Source: Candidatus Kaiserbacteria bacterium
GTDB lineage: Bacteria; Patescibacteriota; Minisyncoccia; Phycocordibacterales; Phycocordibacteraceae
NCBI GenBank assembly: GCA_026396715.1
Contig: JAPLWH010000006.1
Span: forward strand, 42,850-106,849
Direction of reading: 5' to 3'
Length of the DNA stretch: 64,000 bases
Shown: piece after piece, positions 32,088 to 40,978 of the stretch
Numbering within the stretch: the first letter of the stretch is position 1
Layout: every line of letters begins with the position of its first letter
Notes under the pieces: generated by a model
Databases searched by the model: none
What the model saw: the letters and a program-made list of their open reading frames with translations, nothing else
What the model was told of the DNA's origin: nothing
Program-made: the position numbers and the translations under genes

Positions 32088-32557
32088 TGCGCAAGAGTTT
32101 TTAGGTCCGCGATAACTGACGCCGCATGCGTTTTAGGCTTCACTTTTTCATACACCTTCGCGATCTCCCCTTCTGGATTGATGAGGAAGGAGGTACGGCT
32201 GATACCCATGTATGTTTTCCCCATGAACTTTTTCTCGCCAAAAACGCCATACTGTCCGACGACTTCTTTGTACTCATCGGCAAGCAGTGTAAACGGCAGT
32301 TCATACGCGCTCGCGAATTTCTTATGACTCGCGACGCTGTCGGTCGAAACACCAAGTACGACTACTCCTATCGCAGCAAAATCCTTGAATTGGTCGCGGA
32401 TGGTGCAGGCCTCAATCGTGCACCCCGGCGTATCATCTTTCGGATAGAAATAGAGCAACACCCACTTCCCCTGATAGTCGGAAAGCGTATGCGTCTTCCC
32501 CTCCTGATCAGGAAGCGTAAAGTCAGGTGCGCGCGTACCTATCGTTGGTAGTTCCAT
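32084..32557 (-). CDS. bcp: Peroxiredoxin Bcp (thiol peroxidase, 1-Cys/atypical 2-Cys)
   Basis: 157 aa; peroxidatic Cys motif DDTPGCTIEAC. Confidence 0.92.
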   Translation of the reverse strand: MELPTIGTRAPDFTLPDQEGKTHTLSDYQGKWVLLYFYPKDDTPGCTIEACTIRDQFKDFAAIGVVVLGVSTDSVASHKKFASAYELPFTLLADEYKEVVGQYGVFGEKKFMGKTYMGISRTSFLINPEGEIAKVYEKVKPKTHAASVIADLKTLAQ

Positions 32558-32672
32558 CCCGTTAGAAATAGGACGCGGACATGCGGTGCACGACCACGAA
32601 GTCTATTTGATTAGAATTGATAAAATCGACCTCCCAAAACTTCTGGATTTCGCGTCCGCGATTTCTAACGGG
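32558..32672. repeat. Imperfect inverted repeat (cccgttagaaat ... atttctaacggg) flanking AT-rich 88-nt core
   Basis: 32558-32570 vs 32661-32672 perfect 12-bp arms, GC-rich extensions partly complementary. Confidence 0.5.
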
Positions 32673-32686
32673 ATCCATCAACAAAA

Positions 32687-33862
32687 CTATAACAGCTCCG
32701 GTGTATGCTCCTCATGCGGAAAAGCGAAATTGAAGAAAATGAGAAGGAGTGCGCCAGCAGTAAAGATAGTGAAAAGAAGCACCGTAAGCGGACCGATGGT
32801 CGGTACGAGTGAGATGAGCGAGAGTGCGAGCATACCGATCACACCGTCGCGCCAGAGCACCGTCTCACGGCCGCGGAGACGTCGTGCCAGCACACTACCC
32901 AGCAAGATGCCCGCATAGAGAAAGGCAAACAAAGAGAGTAGTGCATACAAGATGAGGAGCAGAAAAGCGAGACCGATACCGACGAAGGTCAGCGCGAGCA
33001 ATACAATCAGTACCGGCGACGCGACGAGGATTGCAAAACCGAGCAGCATCGTAAGCAGCACGCTTCGTAACCGTTCCGCATGCGCGCGCTCGACGACCGC
33101 CTCCGCAAGCTTCGGGAACAGTCCGGCCAAAAGTCCAGTAAGAATGAGCGCTCCGAAAATACGCGCAAAGAGGAAGAAGCCAATGCTCACGATCGCGAGC
33201 GTGCGCGAGGTGCCAGCATCTGGCAGATACGACGCATTCGTGTACTCAAGACCACCGAGCGTCGTCACGGACGCGGGCAGCGTCGCAAGCTCTGGCGACT
33301 GATAAGAAAACTTTCCATGGATCGTGGTATTTTCCGCAAGCGTAACCCTACCGCTCGCGATAACATCGACATTACCCAAGAAATCTCCGGCGAGCGCGAC
33401 ATTATTGCCGTAAATGGTTACCGGACCCGCTGCACCATTGGACACGGTGGCATTTGCCGCAACAATGAAGACACTTCCTGCAACGCGAGCAGAATCATCC
33501 ACGGATACGCCGAGAGCCAAGAGATCTCCCGCGATCGGTTCCTCGATGAAGATACTCCCGCCGAGTGCCCGAAGATCGCCCATAACCCGCGCGCGCGAAT
33601 TGATTGAGCCAGCGACAAGCAATTCATCACCCTTGACGTTCGCGGCGGTGACAATCGAACCGCCGAGTGCCGAGAAATCGCCCGTGACGGGTGCCGTGAG
33701 TACGACAGATGCACCAGCAACATACGCATTCCCGGGTGACGAACTTGCCGCAAGTAATGAACGTGCGGCACTAAAAGATGCGGGAGCACTTGCTGCAAGA
33801 GCGCTTGCTGGCAAAAGAAGCGAGAGAGAAACAAGAGTAAGGGCTCGCCGCATAGTATCCAT
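32687..33862 (-). CDS. Secreted/membrane protein with bactofilin/DUF4097-like beta-helical repeats and C-terminal polytopic TM domain
   Basis: Start MDTMRRALTLVSLSLLLPASALA (signal peptide); ~8 tandem ~17-aa repeats (..GD..ALGGS..); 5-6 C-terminal TM helices. Confidence 0.6.
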   Translation of the reverse strand: MDTMRRALTLVSLSLLLPASALAASAPASFSAARSLLAASSSPGNAYVAGASVVLTAPVTGDFSALGGSIVTAANVKGDELLVAGSINSRARVMGDLRALGGSIFIEEPIAGDLLALGVSVDDSARVAGSVFIVAANATVSNGAAGPVTIYGNNVALAGDFLGNVDVIASGRVTLAENTTIHGKFSYQSPELATLPASVTTLGGLEYTNASYLPDAGTSRTLAIVSIGFFLFARIFGALILTGLLAGLFPKLAEAVVERAHAERLRSVLLTMLLGFAILVASPVLIVLLALTFVGIGLAFLLLILYALLSLFAFLYAGILLGSVLARRLRGRETVLWRDGVIGMLALSLISLVPTIGPLTVLLFTIFTAGALLLIFFNFAFPHEEHTPELL

Positions 33863-33864
33863 AC

Positions 33865-34317
33865 CTACACAATAAGAGGCGGCGAGCTTTGCGCGCTTCG
33901 AGACAGTGGCTCGATGAAACTCGCGCAAATGAGAATGACGAGCGCGATGAATGCGGACGCGAGGCAGTAGATGCAGAGCGCATTAATGACGAACACCTGT
34001 ATGAGTGTGAAATAGAGCGACGCGATGACACCGATAAGCGAAATGCCCTGCAGTGCGCGGCGCAGGAGCTGATCGAAAACGACAAGCTCGAGCGCCGCAA
34101 GCACGAAGAGGATGCTGTAAAAGATGATGCCGTACTCGGCGATCGGCACACCGAACAAATACGAGTACGGGCTCGCCACGACGATATTGCAGCCCGAGAG
34201 ATTGTTGATATCGCAGATAAGCGGCGCGCCACTTGTCTCATGCTGGGCGATATACGCGGAATCCGCGAGCCCGAGGAAAGAGAGAGCTAAGATGGCAATG
34301 ACGCCAGCGCGTTTCAT
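33865..34317 (-). CDS. Vitamin K epoxide reductase (VKOR) family membrane protein
   Basis: Start MKRAGVIAIL; 4 TM; CxxC redox motif CIYC; loop Cys pair (CDINNLSGC). Confidence 0.75.
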   Translation of the reverse strand: MKRAGVIAILALSFLGLADSAYIAQHETSGAPLICDINNLSGCNIVVASPYSYLFGVPIAEYGIIFYSILFVLAALELVVFDQLLRRALQGISLIGVIASLYFTLIQVFVINALCIYCLASAFIALVILICASFIEPLSRSAQSSPPLIV

Positions 34318-34368
34318 CCCTCTAGGATACGCGCTGTTTCCTCTCTCTGCAAATGCTATGCTTTCGAC

Positions 34369-34719
34369 ATGAAGGAACTGACGCCCGAGGAATATCGCGT
34401 GCTGCGCGAAGGCGGTACTGAAACCCCTTTCTCGGGAACGTATGTCGACCATCACGAAGCGGGCAGCTACGCTTGCAAAGCGTGTGGCGCACCCTTATTC
34501 AATTCAGATGCAAAATTCGACTCCGGCACCGGTTGGCCTTCTTTTACCGATCCGGCTGTCGCAGAAAACGTCGGCACGCGTCACGACAGAGAACGCACCG
34601 AGGTTTTTTGTAAGCACTGTGGTGGCCACCTCGGACACGTCTTCAATGACGGCCCCACGAAGAAAGGTGGTAAACGGTATTGTATAAATTCAGTGTGCCT
34701 GGATTTCAAGAAAGAATAA
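34369..34719 (+). CDS. msrB: Peptide-methionine (R)-S-oxide reductase MsrB
   Basis: 116 aa; CxxC...CxxC zinc site (CKACG, CKHCG), RYCINS active site. Confidence 0.92.
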   Translation: MKELTPEEYRVLREGGTETPFSGTYVDHHEAGSYACKACGAPLFNSDAKFDSGTGWPSFTDPAVAENVGTRHDRERTEVFCKHCGGHLGHVFNDGPTKKGGKRYCINSVCLDFKKE

Positions 34720-34816
34720 TCTTGCTTCGAAAATATATCGTCTACAAGCGACTATCACATAAAGACCGGTCTCGTATTTTGAACGATTTTTACTCTTTAG
34801 AAAACCGAGAGAAAAA

Positions 34817-35296
34817 TCAGATATGGCACACGACTTGACCAGGATGTTTCTCGGCGTAACGTTGGTGATAGTCTTCAGCTTTCCAGAATTCCTTCGCGGG
34901 CTCGACTGAGGTCGCGATTGTTCGCGGAAGATACTGCGGAGCGAGCTCTTTCGCGATATGCTCAGCGATCTCTTTTTGTTCCGGCGAATGGTAGAAAATG
35001 ACCGAGCGGTACTGCTCGCCCACATCCGGGCCCTGCCGACTCATCTGGGTCGGGTCGTGGAGCGTGAAAAACTTCTTGACCAACGTTTCGTACGAAACCT
35101 GTTCAGGATCAAATGAAATCTCAACCGCCTCGGCATGCCCGGTCATACCAGTGCATACATTCTCATACGTCGGCTGTTTAACGTGCCCGCCCGTGTAGCC
35201 GGAGACGACACTAGTAACCCCGGGCACTAAACGAAACGATGCCTCGACACCCCAAAAGCATCCCGCCGCAAACGTCGCCTGACCCAGTTTTTCCAT
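34817..35296 (-). CDS. msrA: Peptide-methionine (S)-S-oxide reductase MsrA
   Basis: 159 aa; active site GCFWG. Confidence 0.92.
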   Translation of the reverse strand: MEKLGQATFAAGCFWGVEASFRLVPGVTSVVSGYTGGHVKQPTYENVCTGMTGHAEAVEISFDPEQVSYETLVKKFFTLHDPTQMSRQGPDVGEQYRSVIFYHSPEQKEIAEHIAKELAPQYLPRTIATSVEPAKEFWKAEDYHQRYAEKHPGQVVCHI

Positions 35297-35354
35297 AGGA
35301 CTATGGTAGCATTACGGAAACCGGCAAGGATTCTGGTAGAATAGAGGGATTGCC

Positions 35355-35972
35355 ATGTCCCCCATCCCCTTCCTTTCCCACCTCATCGGCGGAGCCGTCG
35401 GCAGCTCAATCTACCTGCCGCTCGCAATAATCCTTGGCACGTTCATTCTGGAAGATCCAACTGCGGTCATCGTCGGCATGCTCGCGGCAAACGGCACCAT
35501 CGGCATTCCGATCGCGCTCATTTCGCTGTACGCTGGTATCATTCTTGGCGACGTCGGACTGTACTTCCTCGGCTGGTTCGCAAGTACGCACCCACGTCTG
35601 AAACTTTACGGAAATCATGAGTTGGCCCTCCCGCTTCGTGCCTGGCTCGAAACGCGCTTTGTGCTTACGATTTTCTGGGCGCGCTTTATACCCGGAAGCC
35701 GACTCCCTACCTATGCCGCAAGCGGATTCTTCCGTTCACCGCTTTCGACATTCATACTTACCGCCGTCGTTGCGACCTCAGTCTGGACGACCTTCCTTTT
35801 CTACACCTCGTATTGGTTCGGTAACATTACATCCGGATGGCTTGCGTACGAACGCTGGAGCATTGCGGGAGCATTCCTTCTCGCACTCTTCCTCATCGGT
35901 CGGCATAATCTGCTCGCCTATCAGACGAAGAAGAATGATCTGGGTACCGAAGCCGGTACTCGTGCGCAGTAA
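35355..35972 (+). CDS. DedA/VTT-domain family membrane protein
   Basis: 205 aa; VTT-like motif (F.RFIPGSRLP), multiple TM. Confidence 0.65.
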   Translation: MSPIPFLSHLIGGAVGSSIYLPLAIILGTFILEDPTAVIVGMLAANGTIGIPIALISLYAGIILGDVGLYFLGWFASTHPRLKLYGNHELALPLRAWLETRFVLTIFWARFIPGSRLPTYAASGFFRSPLSTFILTAVVATSVWTTFLFYTSYWFGNITSGWLAYERWSIAGAFLLALFLIGRHNLLAYQTKKNDLGTEAGTRAQ

Positions 35973-36438
35973 GTACAAGGAGAACGAAGTCGAAAAGCGC
36001 GAGTGCATAAAGCAATGATTCCTGTCGCGCAAAGCCGCGATACAGCTCGTACGCACCAAAGAGCAGGAGTGCGAACATGAACAACGGATACGCGATGCGC
36101 TTCCCGGCGAAAATGCCGATGACGAGCATCGTCTTTATCACACCATGAATGACGAGATACAGCGCGATGAAAAAATGAGGACTGACGGCGAATGACTGCG
36201 CGGCATTGAGAATGGCCGTCGCGATGAAGTCGTTCGGCTCTTGCGCGAGCTCGCCGCCTGTCACGAACGTGGCGACTCTTACCACAAACGAAGGTGACAC
36301 CGTCAGCACCAGCACCGCGGCGAGCACTTCGAGCGCGCCATGAATCGCTTTCAGCACGAGCGCGCCATCAAAAAGCCAGAGCAGGTCGCGCTCTATGATT
36401 TTTTTATCTGCCAGCGGCGTCTTGATTTCCATCCTCAA
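35893..36438 (-). CDS. DUF2127-like membrane protein
   Basis: 181 aa; 4 TM; convergent with DedA gene with 80-nt 3' overlap (true ends uncertain). Confidence 0.5.
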   Translation of the reverse strand: MRMEIKTPLADKKIIERDLLWLFDGALVLKAIHGALEVLAAVLVLTVSPSFVVRVATFVTGGELAQEPNDFIATAILNAAQSFAVSPHFFIALYLVIHGVIKTMLVIGIFAGKRIAYPLFMFALLLFGAYELYRGFARQESLLYALALFDFVLLVLTAHEYRLRYPDHSSSSDRRADYADR

Positions 36439-36453
36439 AGCGTATCACGAGTA

Positions 36454-36987
36454 TTATCCTATGCGGCCAGCGAGCACTTCGAGAGCCTTCGTGAGCAGCA
36501 CCTTCGTCGAGTCGTCAGTGATGTTCCCTTCTGCGTCGAACAGTTCGTGCGCCGGGCCGAGATACAGTTCCGGCTGGCCGATGACGTCCGCATCGAGATA
36601 GAGCATGATCTGTCGCAAGTGACTCTGCGCGACCGCGGTGCCGATCTTCCCTCCCGAGACGCCGGCGACGAGGACCGGCTTCCTTGCGAAAGAATTCTGT
36701 CCGTACGGGCGGCTGGCCCAATCGATCGCGTTCTTCAGCACACCGGGGATGGAGCGATTATATTCCGGCGTCGCGATGATAATGCCATCAGCTGCCGCAA
36801 TAGCGTCCTTGAATGCTTGCGCTACCGGGGGAAATGCACTTTCGTCGTCCTGATTAAAGAGCGGCAGCGTGCCGATATCCGCGAGCGCAATTTCCATGCC
36901 CGCTGGTGCGAGCGACTGAAAGGCGCGCACCAGCGCCGTGTTCGACGAACCCTTCCTCAGACTGCCCGAAATCGCGACTATGTTCAT
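36454..36987 (-). CDS. NADPH-dependent FMN reductase family protein
   Basis: Start MNIVAISGSLRKGSSNT; flavodoxin-like fold motifs; ORF-track N-terminal extension rejected. Confidence 0.8.
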   Translation of the reverse strand: MNIVAISGSLRKGSSNTALVRAFQSLAPAGMEIALADIGTLPLFNQDDESAFPPVAQAFKDAIAAADGIIIATPEYNRSIPGVLKNAIDWASRPYGQNSFARKPVLVAGVSGGKIGTAVAQSHLRQIMLYLDADVIGQPELYLGPAHELFDAEGNITDDSTKVLLTKALEVLAGRIG

Positions 36988-37072
36988 GTGTTCAAAATTA
37001 TTTACTAACGGCAGACTAAGATGAGCGTACCCTATCGCACAAGCAGCCTTGGTGGGGATAACGAAACAGCAG

Positions 37073-37774
37073 CTATCGAAGTGTCTCCTTCCAGCGTTTG
37101 TAGAGGGCGGCGGTGGCGCGGAGGTCGCCGGCATTGTAGCGGGCGATGTCGAAGTACTTCCCTTCTTTGTAGAGCGTCGCGACGTCGTCGCCGGTCGTGC
37201 CGCCCGCTTTGGGACTCTCTATACCGAGCGCGCGACAGAAGAGGTGCAGACTCTTGCGGAAGCGCGCGGCGCCGTAGAACGTGAGCTGGTCCATCAGGTC
37301 GATATGCGCGGCGCCACGCTGCATCGAGAGGTAGCGGTTGCTGAGCAGGTCTTTCGTCGGCACGACGCGGTGCACCATCGAGCGGATGGCGAGGAACGGC
37401 GCATCGAAGCCGCGACCATTGAAGGAAACGAACTCCGTGCATACATTCGCGACTTTCCAGAATTGCTCGAGCATCGCTTTTTCATCCATCGCTTCGTATT
37501 TGATGCCGTCTATTTCACTGTTTGCAAGCTCGGTGCCAGGAGCGGAAAAATAGACCGCGCCTTTTTCTTTCTCGGTATCGTACACGCCGATCGCGACGAT
37601 AAAACCAGTAAGCGGCGAGAGCCCCATCCCCTCTTTCAATTCTTTCATCTCATATTCGTATTCTTCTTCGCTCTTCGACGATTCACGCAAATACCACGAC
37701 AGATTGTGCTGCGTCGTCTCATCAAGCGCGTCCCACGCTTCGCCGACTGTCTCGATATCGAATACGAGTGCCAT
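37073..37774 (-). CDS. Predicted 3'-5' exonuclease related to PolB exonuclease domain (RNase H-like)
   Basis: Start MALVFDIETVGE (Exo I DxE), later FNGRGFDAPFL and YNAGD (Exo III-like). Confidence 0.6.
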   Translation of the reverse strand: MALVFDIETVGEAWDALDETTQHNLSWYLRESSKSEEEYEYEMKELKEGMGLSPLTGFIVAIGVYDTEKEKGAVYFSAPGTELANSEIDGIKYEAMDEKAMLEQFWKVANVCTEFVSFNGRGFDAPFLAIRSMVHRVVPTKDLLSNRYLSMQRGAAHIDLMDQLTFYGAARFRKSLHLFCRALGIESPKAGGTTGDDVATLYKEGKYFDIARYNAGDLRATAALYKRWKETLR

Positions 37775-37814
37775 GGGCACAGTATAGCCATTTCCCATAG
37801 CAAAGCGAAGGTAC

Positions 37815-37826
37815 TATAGTTCCCCC
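37815..37826 (+). promoter_or_regulatory. -10 box TATAGT 6 nt upstream of MmeI-like ATG (probable leaderless transcript)
   Basis: gtacTATAGTtcccccATG; no SD sequence. Confidence 0.4.
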
Positions 37827-40604
37827 ATGCTCACTTGGAATGAGATGCGTGATAGGGCGACCAAATTCGCCCGCGCATGGAGAGACGAGACGCGCGAGAT
37901 GGGAGAATACCAGACCTTTTGGAACGAATTCTTCGACATATTCGGCATAAAGCGCCGTTCTGTCGCTATTTATCAACAACAGGTGGAAAAGCTCGGTGGA
38001 GGACGCGGATTCATCGATCTCTTCCAGCCAGGGAAACTTATCGCCGAACATAAGTCCGCTGGGAAAGATCTCGATGAAGCATTCATGCAGGCGATCGAAT
38101 ACTCTGCAGCTCTTCCCGAAGACATACGCCCCCGCTATATCATCATCACTGATTACGCGCACATGCGCCTCTGTGACCTCGAAGGCGAAAACGGAGAGAC
38201 GGAAAAATATGAGTTTCCCCTCTCGGACCTTCCGAAGCATATTCGGCACTTCGCATTCATTCCCGGCTATGAGGTGCGCAAATACCGTGAGCAGGATCCA
38301 GTGAACCGCAAGGCGGTGCGCGTCGTGGTCAATCTGTATCAGACGCTCGCAAAAAGTAATTACCCGCGGGAACATCTTGGGCACTTGCTCGTACGGCTCG
38401 TCTTCTGTTATTTCGCAGACGACGCCGGCATCTTCCCGCCCGGCGAGCCATTCCGCTATTACCTGGCACTCGGGAGCAGTGAAGACGGCAACGATTTCGG
38501 CAGCCGTCTCGATGCCGTCTTTTCAACATTGAACACACCCGAAGAAAGGCGGCAAACAACGCTCGATGAGCGGCTCGCTGAATTACCCTATGTAAATGGC
38601 GGACTCTTCGCCGATTACCTCCCTGTCGTCTTCTTCAACCGCGAGATGCGCCGTGCGGTGCTTGATGCTTGCGAGTTCAATTGGAGCGCAGTTTCCCCGG
38701 AGATTTTCGGCTCAATGTTCCAGTTCGTACTCGAAACCGACTCGGGCGACACTCGCCATGACTTCGGCGCCCACTACACTTCAGAGAAGAACATCCTGAA
38801 AGTCATCGACGGTCTCTTTATGGATGAGCTGCGTACCGAACTCTCCACAGCTGGCAAAAACACGGCAAAGCTGAATGCGCTCTGGGAGAAAATCGCTCGC
38901 ATTACCCTCCTCGACCCAGCCTGCGGTTGTGGCAACTTCCTTGTCGTCGCCTATAGAGAGCTGCGCCGTCTTGAGCTCGAAATATTGAAGCGTCTCCATC
39001 CGCAACACGCTGAGCAAGTAGAAGGAGCGGGTCAAACGGCGCTTCCAATAGACATCCGCCATCTTTCAAAACTTTCTGTCGAGCGGATGTACGGCATCGA
39101 GCTTCTCCACTTCCCCGCAGAAATAGCGAAGCTCTCGCTCTGGCTTACCGACCATCTTGCAAACATAGAGCTGGGCGATTATTTCGGTGTACCATTTGTG
39201 AAGCTTCCCTTGACCGAATCCCCGCACATCAAAGAAGGCAATGCGCTCACGCTCGACTGGGAATCTATAGTCCCGAAAGAAAATCTCTCCTATATCCTCG
39301 GCAATCCGCCCTTTATAGGATCGCGCGTCATGGACGCGAACCAAAAAGCGGACATGCTTGCCGTCTTCGGAAAAATCAGAGAACTCGGCTTTCTTGATTA
39401 TGTAACTGCTTGGTATAAGAAAGCCGCCACGTATATCCAAAATACGCCGATTAAAGTCGGCTTCGTATCAACAAACTCCATCACGCAAGGCGAACAGGTC
39501 GGCATCTTGTGGGAGCAATTGCATGCGCTCAATATTCACATCCATTTCGCGCATCGTACCTTCAAGTGGAGTAACGAGGCACCGGGGAAGGCCGCCGTGT
39601 ATTGCGTCATCATCGGTTTCGCGGCGTTCCCTTCAGAGCGACCTCGACTTTTTGATTACGAAGATGTTCGCGGCGAAGCTCACGAAGTAAGTGTAAAAGA
39701 AATAAATCCCTATCTAGTCGCGGCACCAGAAAATGTCATTGTACGCAACCGCCACAAACCAATTTCAGAGGTACCCGAGATGTCATTCGGCAATATGCCG
39801 CGGGATGCCGGCGCATTTATTTTGAGCGAAGAGGAACGTGCAAATCTTCTTGCGCAGGAACCAGCAGCAGAAAAGTTTGTTCGCGATTATATGGGCGCGC
39901 AAGAATTTTTGCATAGTGAGAAACGCTACTGTCTCTGGCTTGTGGACGCAAAACCCGAAGAGCTTCGCGCACTCCCACTAGTCATGCGCCGTATTGAAAA
40001 CGTTCGCGCATTTCGCGAGTTAAGTGCCGCGGCTTCAACACGCAAAATGGCAGAAACGCCATCTCTCTTCGCGCAACGCACACAACCAAAAAGTGATTAC
40101 GTACTTATTCCGAGTACCTCGTCTGAAAATCGTCGATATGTTCCGATGGGCTTTATGCCCAAGGAAGTAATAGCCAGTAATAGTTGTCACACTATACCAA
40201 GTGCAACTCTCTATCACTTCGGCGTTCTTGAAAGCGAGCTCCATATGACCTGGATGCGTGCTATCTGCGGACGACTTGAAAGTCGCTATCGTTATTCTAA
40301 AGACATTGTCTACAACAATTTCCCGTGGCTGGAAAATCCTTCAACGGAAGTGAAGAAGGCGGTCGAAGATGCGGCACAGGCAATCCTCAATGTGCGTGCT
40401 GCGCACCCCGGCGCAACGCTTGCCGACCTCTACGACCCGCTCACGATGCCCACCGATCTCCTCGCGGCGCACCACGCGCTCGACCGCGCCGTCGACCGCG
40501 CCTACGACATTACCAAGCCCTTCCCATCCGAATCCGCCCGTCTCGAATTTCTATTTGAGAAATACCAAAAACTTCTGCAACGAACGCCTACAAAGAAAAT
40601 CTGA
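37827..40604 (+). CDS. MmeI-family Type IIL/IIG restriction-modification enzyme (endonuclease + N6-adenine methyltransferase + TRD in one polypeptide)
   Basis: 925 aa; N-terminus MLTWNEMRDRATKFARAWRDE...FWNEFFDIFGI matches MmeI nuclease domain; MTase motif I LDPACGCGNFLV, motif IV GNPPFIG; FVSTNSITQGEQV; C-terminal SRYRYS...FPW and LADLYDP motifs. Confidence 0.88.
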   Translation: MLTWNEMRDRATKFARAWRDETREMGEYQTFWNEFFDIFGIKRRSVAIYQQQVEKLGGGRGFIDLFQPGKLIAEHKSAGKDLDEAFMQAIEYSAALPEDIRPRYIIITDYAHMRLCDLEGENGETEKYEFPLSDLPKHIRHFAFIPGYEVRKYREQDPVNRKAVRVVVNLYQTLAKSNYPREHLGHLLVRLVFCYFADDAGIFPPGEPFRYYLALGSSEDGNDFGSRLDAVFSTLNTPEERRQTTLDERLAELPYVNGGLFADYLPVVFFNREMRRAVLDACEFNWSAVSPEIFGSMFQFVLETDSGDTRHDFGAHYTSEKNILKVIDGLFMDELRTELSTAGKNTAKLNALWEKIARITLLDPACGCGNFLVVAYRELRRLELEILKRLHPQHAEQVEGAGQTALPIDIRHLSKLSVERMYGIELLHFPAEIAKLSLWLTDHLANIELGDYFGVPFVKLPLTESPHIKEGNALTLDWESIVPKENLSYILGNPPFIGSRVMDANQKADMLAVFGKIRELGFLDYVTAWYKKAATYIQNTPIKVGFVSTNSITQGEQVGILWEQLHALNIHIHFAHRTFKWSNEAPGKAAVYCVIIGFAAFPSERPRLFDYEDVRGEAHEVSVKEINPYLVAAPENVIVRNRHKPISEVPEMSFGNMPRDAGAFILSEEERANLLAQEPAAEKFVRDYMGAQEFLHSEKRYCLWLVDAKPEELRALPLVMRRIENVRAFRELSAAASTRKMAETPSLFAQRTQPKSDYVLIPSTSSENRRYVPMGFMPKEVIASNSCHTIPSATLYHFGVLESELHMTWMRAICGRLESRYRYSKDIVYNNFPWLENPSTEVKKAVEDAAQAILNVRAAHPGATLADLYDPLTMPTDLLAAHHALDRAVDRAYDITKPFPSESARLEFLFEKYQKLLQRTPTKKI

Positions 40605-40606
40605 TT

Positions 40607-40834
40607 TCAACCGCGAGGCGGAAAATCATCGTTTCCATACGAGTTTCGCCATCCGATTCTGCCATTCTCATTCTGCACGAATAGTTCGGCCTCTTTATTG
40701 ATAGCGACTTCGCGTGCTCGTACAACCGCTTCCGCTTTCGTGTCATATATACCTGCAGCCCGTTCTGCTCCCGCGGAATGTACCTTCCAATCCTCGCCTG
40801 ATGGACTAACCCATACTTGCTTTTGCTTGCTCAT
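40607..40834 (-). CDS. DUF2188-family protein
   Basis: 75 aa; WKV...TKAEA...A..A....EL.V...G.I....SYGNDDFPPRG pattern. Confidence 0.6.
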   Translation of the reverse strand: MSKQKQVWVSPSGEDWKVHSAGAERAAGIYDTKAEAVVRAREVAINKEAELFVQNENGRIGWRNSYGNDDFPPRG

Positions 40835-40920
40835 GTTAATTCTGCATTACTTGATAATAAAACTCTTGTCTCTTCCTTCTTCGGTAACCGAATTGAGTCC
40901 ATTTTATTCCTCAAATATCC

Positions 40921-40973
40921 ACTGTCAATATCCCCGACATATATTTGACAGTAATTCTGACACTGCTACCATA
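40921..40973 (+). promoter_or_regulatory. 8-bp inverted repeat (actgtcaa-N16-ttgacagt) overlapping -35 TTGACA of putative promoter for HTH-Panacea gene
   Basis: IR 40921-40928 / 40945-40952; TTGACA 40945-40950, 16-nt spacer, TACCAT 40967-40972, ATG at 40979. Confidence 0.45.
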
Positions 40974-40978
40974 GACCT

